64,000 nucleotides of DNA from contig VGDP01000001.1 in assembly GCA_016869675.1 (NCBI GenBank), positions 18,801 through 82,800 of the forward strand, in the 5' to 3' direction. The translations under genes and the position numbers were made by a program. A model generated the notes under the pieces. The model did not search any database. It was not told where the DNA came from and saw nothing but the letters and a program-made list of their open reading frames with translations. This document shows, piece after piece, positions 29,941 through 38,811 of the stretch; position 1 is the stretch's first letter; each line of letters opens with the position of its first letter. Origin of the DNA: Alphaproteobacteria bacterium. Its GTDB lineage: Bacteria > Pseudomonadota > Alphaproteobacteria > SP197.

Positions 29941-30437
29941 TGCGAGCGGGAGCCGTGAAGGGCAGGGTGCACGCGAACCGACGACCGGGGGAGGGCGCGT
30001 TGACCAGCCGGGATTTCGAGACAGGCTTGAAGATTCGCAAGGCAGTGCTGGGCGATGCCTATGTCCAGCGGGCGCTGGCGAACGCCGACGCGTTCTCCAT
30101 GCCGTTCCAGACCATGCTGACCGAATACTGTTGGGGGCGGGTCTGGGGTCGCTCGGGCGCGACCCGGCGCCAGCGCAGCCTGATGGTGCTGTGCATGCTG
30201 GCGGCGCTCAACCGCGCGCAGGAGTTCGAGACGCACGTGCGCGGCGCGCTGCGCAACGGCTGCACGAAGGCCGAACTGCGCGAGGCGTTCCTGCAGATCG
30301 CCATCTACTGCGGCGTGCCGGCCGGCGTGGAGGCCTTCCGCATTGCGCGGCGCGTCTTCGACGAGGAAGCGAAGGCCGCGCGACAGCGTCGCCGGCCCAA
30401 TCCCAAGCCCAAGTCCAGACCGAAGGCCCGGGGCTAG
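29940..30437 (+). CDS. carboxymuconolactone decarboxylase family protein (PcaC-like)
   Basis: Contains 'TMLTEYCWGRVWGR...LDRRQRSLM-like...EFETHVRGALRNGCTKAELREAFLQIAIYCGVPAG'. The likely true start is the TTG at 30000, after GGGGAGGG. Confidence 0.78.
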   Translation: MRAGAVKGRVHANRRPGEGALTSRDFETGLKIRKAVLGDAYVQRALANADAFSMPFQTMLTEYCWGRVWGRSGATRRQRSLMVLCMLAALNRAQEFETHVRGALRNGCTKAELREAFLQIAIYCGVPAGVEAFRIARRVFDEEAKAARQRRRPNPKPKSRPKARG

Positions 30438-30791
30438 GGCACCACGATCCGATTGAACGGCTGTGTCGGGGCTCCGTCTGGACCGAATGGCCCGGGAGCC
30501 CAGTAGCTGTAGGACGGTAGTGAACGCAGATAGGCGATGAGCGCGGCGAGATCCTCGTCCGAAATGGCCGCGTAGGCGGCCCAGGGCATGATCGGCGCCA
30601 TGACGCGGCCATCGGGCCGCTCGCCGGTGCGGATGGCGTTGGCGATCCAGGGCACGGGATTCGTCCGGTCCTTCGGCGGTCATGGCGCCCCGGGTATGAC
30701 AGCCGCCGCAGTCCATGATCTTCGACAGGTACGCGCCGCGCGCGACTATGTCGTCGGCGTGGGCCGTCCCGATGGCCAGACCCATACCCAC
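30434..30791 (-). pseudogene. cytochrome c remnant (frameshifted, probably internally deleted)
   Basis: The haem site 'CGGCHT' is in the frame of ORF 29823..30791. The conserved C-terminal part 'PWIANAIRTGERPDGRVMAPIMPWAAYAAISDEDLAALIAYLRSLP' is in the frame of ORF 30434..30655. Only a rudimentary signal peptide remains. Confidence 0.55.
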
Positions 30792-30884
30792 CAGCGCCCC
30801 ACGGCAAAGAACCGCATTGTCCCGTTCTCCCGAGCTCTGGCGCGTTTCGCCGTGCCAGGAACGCGATCCTAGGGTTGTTCGCGG

Positions 30885-31421
30885 CTATTGGCGATAGGGC
30901 TCGAGGAAGTCGTCCAGCGGTGTCCGGGCCAGTCGGTTCATATAGTTGGTGATGGTGCAATGGCCGATTTCACCGACCGTCTCGACCATCTGGCCAGGTG
31001 TGACGCCTTGCTCCTGGAAGGCGCGAAACTCGTCGTCGAGGGCGCCGTGCGTCTCCACCAGCCGCCGCACCAGGGCTTGGACCACGGCGGGCCGGCAGGC
31101 GGAATGCGTCTCGCCGCGCGCGATCGCTTCGAGCGGCGCGAGTTCCAGCCGGCGTTGGCGCGCGGCGAAGCGGTGCGCCGGCACGCAGTAGTGGCAGCCG
31201 TTCGCCACGGCCATCTCCATGGCAATGACTTCGCGATCCATGTCGGACAGCGGCGACGTCGCGAATCGCTCCCACAGCGTGATCATCGTCGCCAACAGCG
31301 CGGGGGTGTGGGCCATGACCCTTGTAATGATCCACGACCGGCCGAACAGGCGGTCCACGTCGTCGAGAAGGGCGCGTACCGGGGCCGACGCCATTCCGGG
31401 ATCGAGGGGCGGCAAACGCAT
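30885..31421 (-). CDS. AhpD-like / carboxymuconolactone decarboxylase family protein
   Basis: CxxC motif in 'ANGCHYCVPAH'. Start is placed at the ATG at 31421 ('MRLPPLDPG') after GGGAGA. Confidence 0.75.
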   Translation of the reverse strand: MRLPPLDPGMASAPVRALLDDVDRLFGRSWIITRVMAHTPALLATMITLWERFATSPLSDMDREVIAMEMAVANGCHYCVPAHRFAARQRRLELAPLEAIARGETHSACRPAVVQALVRRLVETHGALDDEFRAFQEQGVTPGQMVETVGEIGHCTITNYMNRLARTPLDDFLEPYRQ

Positions 31422-31604
31422 AAGGGTCTCCCTTGGCCATGGTGGAGGCTCGGCGAGACTGGCTGTCCGTCCAGGGCCCGCCAAGCCACGAAATCGTGAG
31501 AACGACTTGGACCTTGAACCCGCGGCCCGGCCGGGCTAAGGCAACCTGCCGCTCGGGATGCCCTAGGTCGATCCTGTTCGCCTGTACGTCTCTAGGTAAG
31601 GGCC

Positions 31605-32567
31605 ATGAGTACAACGCCAACGAAGAACCTCCGGGTCGCCAAGGTCAATGCCGAGGCCAGCGGCATCGTGACGATCGAGCTGGTCGATCCTGCCGGCGGA
31701 CCTTTGACACCGTTCAGCGCCGGCGCCCATCTTGACGTGCACATTCCCGGCGGCTTCCTGCGTCAGTATTCCCTGTGCAACGACCCGGCCGAGACCCGCC
31801 GCTACGTCATCGGCGTGCAGCGCGATCGGGCGAGCCGGGGCGGTTCCCAGCGCCTCCATGACACGACCGGGATCGGCGATATCCTGGGCATAGGGGGCCC
31901 GCGCAACAACTTCCCCCTGGCTGAGGGCGCCCAGCGCCATCGGCTGATCGCCGGCGGCATCGGCATCACGCCCATGATGGCGATGCTGAGCCACCTGGTC
32001 GCGTTCGGCGCTGACTGGCACCTCGACTACTGTGCCCGGGAGCCTTCGGTGACGGCGTTTCGCGACCGGCTGACTGCCGCGCCGTACGCCGGGCGCGTCG
32101 CGTTCCACTACGACGGCGGCGACCCGGCCAAGGGCATGGACGTGCGCAAGGCCCTGGCGGCGCAAGCGCCGGGCGAGCACCTTTACTGCTGCGGCCCGAC
32201 CGGCCTGATGGACGCGGTCAAGGCCGCGTCGTCGCACTGGGCTCCCGGCACGGTCCATTTCGAGTACTTCGTCAACGAGCAGGTCGACGCCAGCGTCAAC
32301 ACGGCGTTCAAGATCAAGATCGTCAGCAGCGGCGTCGTTCTCGACGTCCCCGCCCACAAGTCGGTGATGCAGGTGCTGCGCGAGGCCGGCCATGACATCG
32401 ACAGCAGCTGCGAGGAAGGCATCTGCGGCACGTGCGCGACGCCCGTGAAGAAAGGGGTTGTCGATCACCGCGACATGGTGCTGTCGGACGAGGAGAAGGC
32501 GACCAACCGTTGGATGATGGTCTGCTGCTCGCGCGCCAAGAGCGACCTGATCGTCCTCGACCTCTGA
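31605..32567 (+). CDS. PDR/VanB-family oxidoreductase (FMN/NAD-binding domains plus 2Fe-2S ferredoxin domain)
   Basis: 320 aa. Contains 'RQYSLCN', 'AGGIGITPMMAM' and the C-terminal 'CEEGICGTCATPV'. No partner oxygenase is adjacent. Confidence 0.87.
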   Translation: MSTTPTKNLRVAKVNAEASGIVTIELVDPAGGPLTPFSAGAHLDVHIPGGFLRQYSLCNDPAETRRYVIGVQRDRASRGGSQRLHDTTGIGDILGIGGPRNNFPLAEGAQRHRLIAGGIGITPMMAMLSHLVAFGADWHLDYCAREPSVTAFRDRLTAAPYAGRVAFHYDGGDPAKGMDVRKALAAQAPGEHLYCCGPTGLMDAVKAASSHWAPGTVHFEYFVNEQVDASVNTAFKIKIVSSGVVLDVPAHKSVMQVLREAGHDIDSSCEEGICGTCATPVKKGVVDHRDMVLSDEEKATNRWMMVCCSRAKSDLIVLDL

Positions 32568-32583
32568 TCGGCGGCCAGCGGGG

Positions 32584-33276
32584 TCAGCGCCGCTGATACT
32601 GGGTCTTGCCGAACAGCACCTCGCGCGCCTTGTCATCGATCGGTCCAGCGCGGCGTCGATCTGCGAGAACCTGGAGTCCACGTTGGACGGCTGGGCGCGC
32701 GGCAATCGCGTCGAACCAGAGCCTGAAGTTTGGAAACGTCGCGATGTCCTGGCCCTGGCCTTCCCAGTTCCAGCACCATGGAAACACGGCCATGTCAGCG
32801 ATCGAATAGTCACCGGCCAGGAAAGGGACCTCGGCCAGCCGACGGTTCATGACGCCGTAGAGCCGCGTCGCCTCGTTGGTGTAGCGCTCGATGGCGTAGG
32901 GGAACTTCTCAGGCGCGTAGGAACGGAAGTGATGGACCTGGCCCAGCATCGGGCCGATACCGCCCATCTGGAACAGCTGCCATTGGATCACGTCGTAACG
33001 CGCGCGCGTCGCCGTGGGCAGGAACCGGCCCGTCTTCTCGGCCAGGTAGAGCAGGATCGCGCCGGACTCGAAGAGCGCGTAGGGCTGCCCGCCCGGGCCG
33101 TCGCGATCGACGATCGCCGGCATCTTGTTGTTCGGGCTGATCGCCAGAAACTCGGGCTTGAACTGGTCGCCCCGGCCGATGTCGACCGGTAGGACGGTGT
33201 AGGCCAGCCCCGTTTCCTCGAGCATGATGTGGATCTTGTGCCCATTGGGCGTTGGCCATGAGTAGAGATCGATCAT
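32584..33276 (-). CDS. glutathione S-transferase (YfcG/YghU-like)
   Basis: ATG at 33276 ('MIDLYSWPTPNGHKIHIMLEETGL'). Contains 'ISPNNKMPAIVD' and 'LFESGAILLYLAEK'. ATGA overlap with the nhaA stop codon. Confidence 0.88.
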   Translation of the reverse strand: MIDLYSWPTPNGHKIHIMLEETGLAYTVLPVDIGRGDQFKPEFLAISPNNKMPAIVDRDGPGGQPYALFESGAILLYLAEKTGRFLPTATRARYDVIQWQLFQMGGIGPMLGQVHHFRSYAPEKFPYAIERYTNEATRLYGVMNRRLAEVPFLAGDYSIADMAVFPWCWNWEGQGQDIATFPNFRLWFDAIAARPAVQRGLQVLADRRRAGPIDDKAREVLFGKTQYQRR

Positions 33277-35039
33277 GACAGCGACTCCGAGGCACGGCGC
33301 GTGGGACGGCAGGCGCGCGCGAGAAGCGTGAGCCCGACAAGAGCGGACATCAAGGAGCCCAGCAGCACGCCCAGCCGCGTGGCGGCGGAGAAGTCGAGCG
33401 CGCCGGGTGGTGTCACCGCGTGCTCGTAGGCGAGGGTGCCGATGAACAGGCTCATCGTGAAGCCGATGCCGCACAGGGTCGCGGCACCAACCAGCATCGG
33501 CCACGAAACATCGTCGGGCCGGCGCGCGATGCCGGCACGGATGACCAGCCAGGACCCGGCCAGCACGCCGAGTGGCTTGCCGAGGAACAGGCCCAGCGCG
33601 ATGCCGAGCGGTATCGGAGCCACGACGTCGGCCAAGCCGATGCCACTGAACGCGACGCCAGCGTTGGCGAAGCCGAAGATCGGCACGATGGCGAAGGCGG
33701 CCCACGGGTGAAGCGTGTGCTCGAGCTGGCGCAAGGGCGAAGCTTCGACATCACCGCCCTTCGTGCGCAGGGGGATGGCCAAGCCCAGCGCAACGCCGGC
33801 CAGCGTCGCGTGGACGCCGGACTTCAGCACGCACACCCAGACGAACACGCCGACAAGTATGTAGGGCGCGCGGCGCGTGACCCCGGCGAGGTTGAGGACA
33901 AGCAGGGCGATGAGTCCCGCGCCCGCCAGGGCCAACGATGTCACCGACAGGTCGGCCGTGTAGAAGATGGCGATGATGACCACCGCGCCCACGTCGTCAA
34001 TGATGGCGACGGCGGTCAGAAAGACCTTGATCGCCACGGGGACGCGGCTTCCCAGCAGTGCCGCGACGGCGAGCGTGAACGCGATATCGGTGGCCGAGGG
34101 AATGGCCCAACCACGCAGGCCGGTTGGATCGCCCGCATTCATGGCCACGAAGACCGCGGCAGGCACCGCCATGCCCCCGATCGCGGCCCCTAGTGGCAAC
34201 GCGATCTGCGCGCCCGACGACAGTTCGCCCTCGTAGACCTCGCGCTTGAACTCGAGGCCGACCAGCAGGAAGAAGATCGCCATCAGGCCATCGTTGATGC
34301 ACAACAGCAACGGCTTGGCGATGCCGAGCGCGCCGACGTGAACCGAAACTGGTAGGTCAAGCAGGCTGTCGTAGTAGGGGGCCAGCCCAGAATTGCTGAG
34401 CACGAACGCGAACACGGCGGCCACCACCAGCACCAAGCCGGCCGCGCTTTCGAGCCTCAGGAACTCCTTGATCGACACCATGATCCGTGTGGAGCGTAAG
34501 GCAGCCACGGCCTCACGCTCAGCAGAGATCCTCCGTGATTCGTCGTCCGTCAAGGCTTCATTGGTAAGGCCACACCGGTGCGGCCCCGCAGTGTCACCGG
34601 CCGCGGCATCGCGCCGAAAATGACGGCACGTCGCGCACTCGCCAAACGCACGACCGCCGTTGGCGAGCTGAAGCTCCCGCAGCAGGCCGCGCAGATCCCC
34701 GGCCAACTGAAGTCGCAATGTCGACCGCAGCGCATCCGCCTTCATGGTCAAGGCGGCGATTGGATCGTCCACCAACAGTCCTAGACCCAAGTCCGTGAGC
34801 GTGTAGTTGCCGCTGCGCCGGTCCTTGGGGTCCGGCTCGCGGTGGATCAGACCCTTGCGTTCAAGGGCGAGCAGCGTCTGTGACGCCGTTCCCTTCGTCG
34901 TTCCGAGAAAGGCCGCGACGGTCGACGGCGAGCGGGAATAGCGATTGGCGCGCGAGAGATATCGGAGCGTCTCCCACTGCGCCGGAATGAGCCTGTGGTC
35001 ATGCTGCGCCGCAGGCTGGACGCGTGACAGACGCAGCAA
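33273..35039 (-). CDS. nhaA: Na+/H+ antiporter NhaA preceded, in the same frame with no stop, by a MarR-like wHTH region
   Basis: Single 588-codon ORF. Codons 187-588 (from ATG 34481, 'MVSIKEFLRLESAAGLVLVV...') form a complete NhaA. Codons 1-186 resemble a MarR-family regulator with a Cys-rich tail. Confidence 0.8.
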   Translation of the reverse strand: MLRLSRVQPAAQHDHRLIPAQWETLRYLSRANRYSRSPSTVAAFLGTTKGTASQTLLALERKGLIHREPDPKDRRSGNYTLTDLGLGLLVDDPIAALTMKADALRSTLRLQLAGDLRGLLRELQLANGGRAFGECATCRHFRRDAAAGDTAGPHRCGLTNEALTDDESRRISAEREAVAALRSTRIMVSIKEFLRLESAAGLVLVVAAVFAFVLSNSGLAPYYDSLLDLPVSVHVGALGIAKPLLLCINDGLMAIFFLLVGLEFKREVYEGELSSGAQIALPLGAAIGGMAVPAAVFVAMNAGDPTGLRGWAIPSATDIAFTLAVAALLGSRVPVAIKVFLTAVAIIDDVGAVVIIAIFYTADLSVTSLALAGAGLIALLVLNLAGVTRRAPYILVGVFVWVCVLKSGVHATLAGVALGLAIPLRTKGGDVEASPLRQLEHTLHPWAAFAIVPIFGFANAGVAFSGIGLADVVAPIPLGIALGLFLGKPLGVLAGSWLVIRAGIARRPDDVSWPMLVGAATLCGIGFTMSLFIGTLAYEHAVTPPGALDFSAATRLGVLLGSLMSALVGLTLLARACRPTRRASESLS

Positions 35040-35276
35040 CAGCTCGACGATCTCGGCCCCGTCCCCACCCGTGACAATCGCCAGCTTGCACTACGCCCGC
35101 CTCTTGGGGAATAGATCGAGAGGGGGCCTTTAGTAACCACTCGCTATCAATCGCGTCGCTACTACATGGAGTCGATCAATCACGCGCCAATCGCCACTTG
35201 ACCTGTGTCAACGACGGCGAAGCGTCCAGCGGCGAAAAATTGACGATCGACGGAACGCTGTCTGGGATCAAGCGTC

Positions 35277-35543
35277 ATGAACCACCGACACCGCAAGGTG
35301 CTCCACGCCCTCTTCGCCGACCCCATCCCGAACAACTTGTCTATGAAGGAGGTCGAGGGCGTGCTGGGCGAGCTTGGCGCCATACTCGAAAACCGACACG
35401 GCTCGCGGATCGCGGTGACGCTGCAGGACAAGACGGTGGTGGTGCATCATGCCGGCCACGCGCTGCCCAAGGACGAGGTCGTGCAGATCCGCCGCTTCCT
35501 CGAATCCTGCACCATCGACCCGGCGCGCGATTACCCACTCTGA
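35277..35543 (+). CDS. small HicA-like protein (tentative), no partner antitoxin
   Basis: 88 aa. 'MNHRHRKVLHALFADPIPNNLSMKEVEGVLGELGAILENRHGSRIAVTL...VVVHHAGH' resembles a divergent HicA subgroup (GS[HR] motif). Recognition is from memory only. Confidence 0.45.
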   Translation: MNHRHRKVLHALFADPIPNNLSMKEVEGVLGELGAILENRHGSRIAVTLQDKTVVVHHAGHALPKDEVVQIRRFLESCTIDPARDYPL

Positions 35544-35549
35544 ACGCCC

Positions 35550-36443
35550 CTATGGGGTCTTACGCTTGATGGTTTCGCGGTGCGCGATGTACGCGCCCGC
35601 CGCCATGACCAACGCCGCGCCTATCAGCACCGATGTGCCCGGCACGTCCGCGAACACCACGTAGCCGTACATGGTCGCCCACAGAATATGCGAGTAGTCG
35701 AACGGCGCGATGATTGACACCGGCGCGAAGCGGTACGCCTGGGTCAGCAGGAATTGGGCGACGCCACCGAACAAGCCGGTGAGCGCCATGATCGCCACGT
35801 CGTGCCACGGCGGGTCGGTCCAGACCCGCGGTTGCAGCGACCCGCTGACCACCAGGAACATGCACGTCGTGTAGAACACCACCACGGCGCTCGCCTCGCG
35901 GCCGCTGAGCGAGCGTACGATCACGGCGGAGACAGAATAGAGGGCCGCTGAGGCCAAGGCGAATAGGGCGCCGATCTGGAAGGCGTCGCTACCCGGCCGC
36001 AAGATGATCAGAACGCCCACGAAACCGACGGCGATCGCGGTCCAGCGATGCACGCCAACCTTCTCCCGCAGTACCGGAACGGAGAGCGCGGTGACGATCA
36101 AGGGCGAGACGAACGTGATGGCCGAGACATCGGCCAGGGGCATCAGCGCGATCGCGGAGAAGAACGTGTAGAAGGCCCCGAAGCCGATGACGCCGCGCAA
36201 CAGCAGCCAAGGGTACTGGCGTGTCAGCAGGATGCGCGGGCCACCCGCCCGCATCAGGAAGAACGTGATGGGGATCAGCGCAAACCAGGTGCGCATAAAC
36301 ACGAGCTGGAGGATGCTGTAGTCGGTCGACAGCCATTTGAACACGACCTCCTGGGTCGCGAAGATGGCCATGGCGCCGTTGGCGCACAGGATGCCCCTGC
36401 CGGGCTCGTTCAGGCGCGGCGGTATCGACGGGGTGGTGGTCAA
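35550..36443 (-). CDS. DMT-superfamily (EamA-like) transporter
   Basis: 297 aa with about 10 predicted TM segments and two EamA-like halves. Confidence 0.85.
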   Translation of the reverse strand: MTTTPSIPPRLNEPGRGILCANGAMAIFATQEVVFKWLSTDYSILQLVFMRTWFALIPITFFLMRAGGPRILLTRQYPWLLLRGVIGFGAFYTFFSAIALMPLADVSAITFVSPLIVTALSVPVLREKVGVHRWTAIAVGFVGVLIILRPGSDAFQIGALFALASAALYSVSAVIVRSLSGREASAVVVFYTTCMFLVVSGSLQPRVWTDPPWHDVAIMALTGLFGGVAQFLLTQAYRFAPVSIIAPFDYSHILWATMYGYVVFADVPGTSVLIGAALVMAAGAYIAHRETIKRKTP

Positions 36444-36453
36444 GGTCGCGTGC

Positions 36454-37650
36454 TCAGCGGCCGCGCCCCGACAGGATCGCGTGGAACCTGTCGTTCATCA
36501 TTCCCTTGGCCGCGGCGCGCTGCCACAGCGACATGTCGCCGGCCGAGTTCAATTCGACGAGCACCGGTCCGCGCGGCGTCACGGCGACATCCCATCCCTG
36601 GTAGCCGAGGCGCGGAAACGCCGCGGCGGCGGCGCGCACGGTGTCCTTGAGCAGCGCCCAGTCGGGCAGGCGGAATCCGAGCAGGCGGCCGCCCGTGTCG
36701 GGGTGGGTCTCGTGCTCCGTCTCATCGGGGCCGGAGCCGCCGACGATCCGGGTCAGGGCGCCGGTCTCCAGATCGATCGCGCCCAGCAGGTTGCCCGGCA
36801 GCACGAAATTGTCGGCCATGTTGGCGCCGGTCACGATCTTCCACACGGCGGCGATGATGCGTGGGCCTTCGGGCTCGAGCACCACGTAGACGCGCGCGGT
36901 GCACAATCTTTCGCCGACCATGGCCCGGACGTCGGGATGGGGCCACAAGTGCTCGACGAACAGGTAGCCGTGCGGCAGGAAGCCGGTCGTCGCCTTGGCG
37001 AGCCCCGTCACGCTGGCCGCCTTGTCGCCGGCCATCACGATGCTGTCGTCGGCGGCGCGGTAGCCACACAGGGACGCGGCGCCGATCGCATTGGACCGAC
37101 CAAGCGGCTTGCCGAAGCTGGGGTAAGCCAGCCCGTTTCGCAGGTACGCGGCGACCGCCTCGGCATCGCGCAACACCGTCAGGTCACCGTGCCCCCGCGT
37201 CGGGTGGAACAAGACCCTCAGCTCGGCGATGGGGAACCCCATCCCCTTCAGGTAGCCGTAGGTGACCAGCTTGTCGTTGGCCAGAATCACCGCGTGGACG
37301 TCGTTCAGGGCGCGCACGATGCGCCGCCGGCCAGTATGCCCGATGAAGGCGCGCCGCTGTTCCCCGGTGAACCGGTCACGCTCGTAGAGCCGGTACAGGT
37401 AGTACTCGACCGGCTGCAGGCGCTGGGCGCCGCGGTTGTAGCGGACCATGTCGGCGACTTGGGCCGCGTAGCCGCGGCCGTGCCGGCGCTTCACCTGAAA
37501 AACCCAGCGGGCGACCGCATCGCCCCGGGCCGCCAAGGGTAGCGCCGTTGTGAGGGGAGCCTCGTTCGCCGTCACGGGGCGGGCCTCCTTGCCGGGCGGT
37601 TTCCACTGGTGGCGGATGTCGGGAGCCGGCGTCAAGTCGAGGTCGGCCAA
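36454..37650 (-). CDS. ATP-grasp protein ('sugar-transfer-associated' ATP-grasp-like family)
   Basis: 398 aa. Contains 'EYYLYRLYE', 'NDKLVTYGYLKGMGFP', 'FGKPLGRSNAIG' and 'GWDVAVTPRGPVLVELN'. Paralogue of 58009..59130. The true start may lie downstream. Confidence 0.68.
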   Translation of the reverse strand: MADLDLTPAPDIRHQWKPPGKEARPVTANEAPLTTALPLAARGDAVARWVFQVKRRHGRGYAAQVADMVRYNRGAQRLQPVEYYLYRLYERDRFTGEQRRAFIGHTGRRRIVRALNDVHAVILANDKLVTYGYLKGMGFPIAELRVLFHPTRGHGDLTVLRDAEAVAAYLRNGLAYPSFGKPLGRSNAIGAASLCGYRAADDSIVMAGDKAASVTGLAKATTGFLPHGYLFVEHLWPHPDVRAMVGERLCTARVYVVLEPEGPRIIAAVWKIVTGANMADNFVLPGNLLGAIDLETGALTRIVGGSGPDETEHETHPDTGGRLLGFRLPDWALLKDTVRAAAAAFPRLGYQGWDVAVTPRGPVLVELNSAGDMSLWQRAAAKGMMNDRFHAILSGRGR

Positions 37651-37787
37651 CCCTGGTTCCCGAATTCACGGTTTACAGGGCACGGGATGTCTTGAAGTAT
37701 GCAGCCAAGGGAGGCACGTCCGGCAGGGGCACCGGACGGAGCGTAAGCCGATCAAGGCGGGTCTCGGGTACAGGGAGAGCGGCACGG

Positions 37788-38801
37788 GTGACCGTATTCA
37801 TTCTGAAGCGACTGGGGCTCGTGGTCCTGACCATGGTAGTGTCGTCATTCCTGGTCTTCACGCTCAACGAGTTCTCGCCGGGCAACGTGGCCAGCAAGAC
37901 GCTCGGCCCCTACGCCAGCCAGGAGCAGAAGAACATCCTGTTCGAGCGGCTGCAGCTCAACGATCCGGTGCTGCTGCGCTACGTCCGCTGGATCGGTGTC
38001 CTGACCGGCGTCATCGTCGACCCGCTGCAGGACCCGGTGCTCGGGTTGAATTTTCACGACCCGCGCGGTGACCAGTACTTCGGCAACCTAGGTTACTCGA
38101 CGCTCTACAAGGTGCCGGTCAACGACGTGATCTGGAACCGGCTCGGCAACACGCTGGCTCTCGCGGCGATCGCCTTCGCGATCATCCTGCCGCTGTCGAT
38201 GGTGTTCGGCATCCTTTCGGGCATGAGCGAAGGCAGCATGCTGGATCGGACCCTGTCGTACACGGGCATTACCCTGACCTCGATCCCCGAGTTCGCTTCG
38301 GGCGTCATGCTCATGGCGATTTTCGTTTTGTGGCTGGAGTGGTTGCCGGGCACGAGCCCCCTGATGAGCCTGCCCGAGTGGAGCATCGCCGAGCAGTTCG
38401 TGCTGCCGGTGCTGGTGCTGGTGCTCTACGACTTCGGCTACGTCGCGCGCATGGTGCGGGGTTCCATGGTTGAGGTGATGACGCGCCCCTACATCCGCAC
38501 CGCGATCCTCAAAGGCCTGCCGTACCGTCGCGTCATCATGAAGCACGCGCTGCGCAACGCCATGATCGCGCCGTTCACGGTGATCCTGCTGCAGATCAAC
38601 TTCTTGATCACCGGCGTGGTGGTGACCGAGGTCATCTTCGGCTTTCCGGGGTTCGGTCGGATGCTGCTTGAAGCGGCGCTGTTCGGGGACATCACGCTGG
38701 TCGAAGCGGCCACGATGGTCGCTGTCTTCATCGCGGTCACCACGCAGCTTGTGGGCGACATCGGGTACATGTACCTGAACCCGCGCATCCGGTTCACGTG
38801 A
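37788..38801 (+). CDS. ABC transporter permease (DppB/OppB type)
   Basis: GTG at 37788 after AGGGAGAG. 'FILKRLGLVVLTMVVSSFLVF' is a typical N-terminus. The EAA-loop region 'YIRTAILKGLPYRRVIMKHALRNA' is present. Confidence 0.88.
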   Translation: MTVFILKRLGLVVLTMVVSSFLVFTLNEFSPGNVASKTLGPYASQEQKNILFERLQLNDPVLLRYVRWIGVLTGVIVDPLQDPVLGLNFHDPRGDQYFGNLGYSTLYKVPVNDVIWNRLGNTLALAAIAFAIILPLSMVFGILSGMSEGSMLDRTLSYTGITLTSIPEFASGVMLMAIFVLWLEWLPGTSPLMSLPEWSIAEQFVLPVLVLVLYDFGYVARMVRGSMVEVMTRPYIRTAILKGLPYRRVIMKHALRNAMIAPFTVILLQINFLITGVVVTEVIFGFPGFGRMLLEAALFGDITLVEAATMVAVFIAVTTQLVGDIGYMYLNPRIRFT

Positions 38802-38811
38802 GGAGGCCGGC

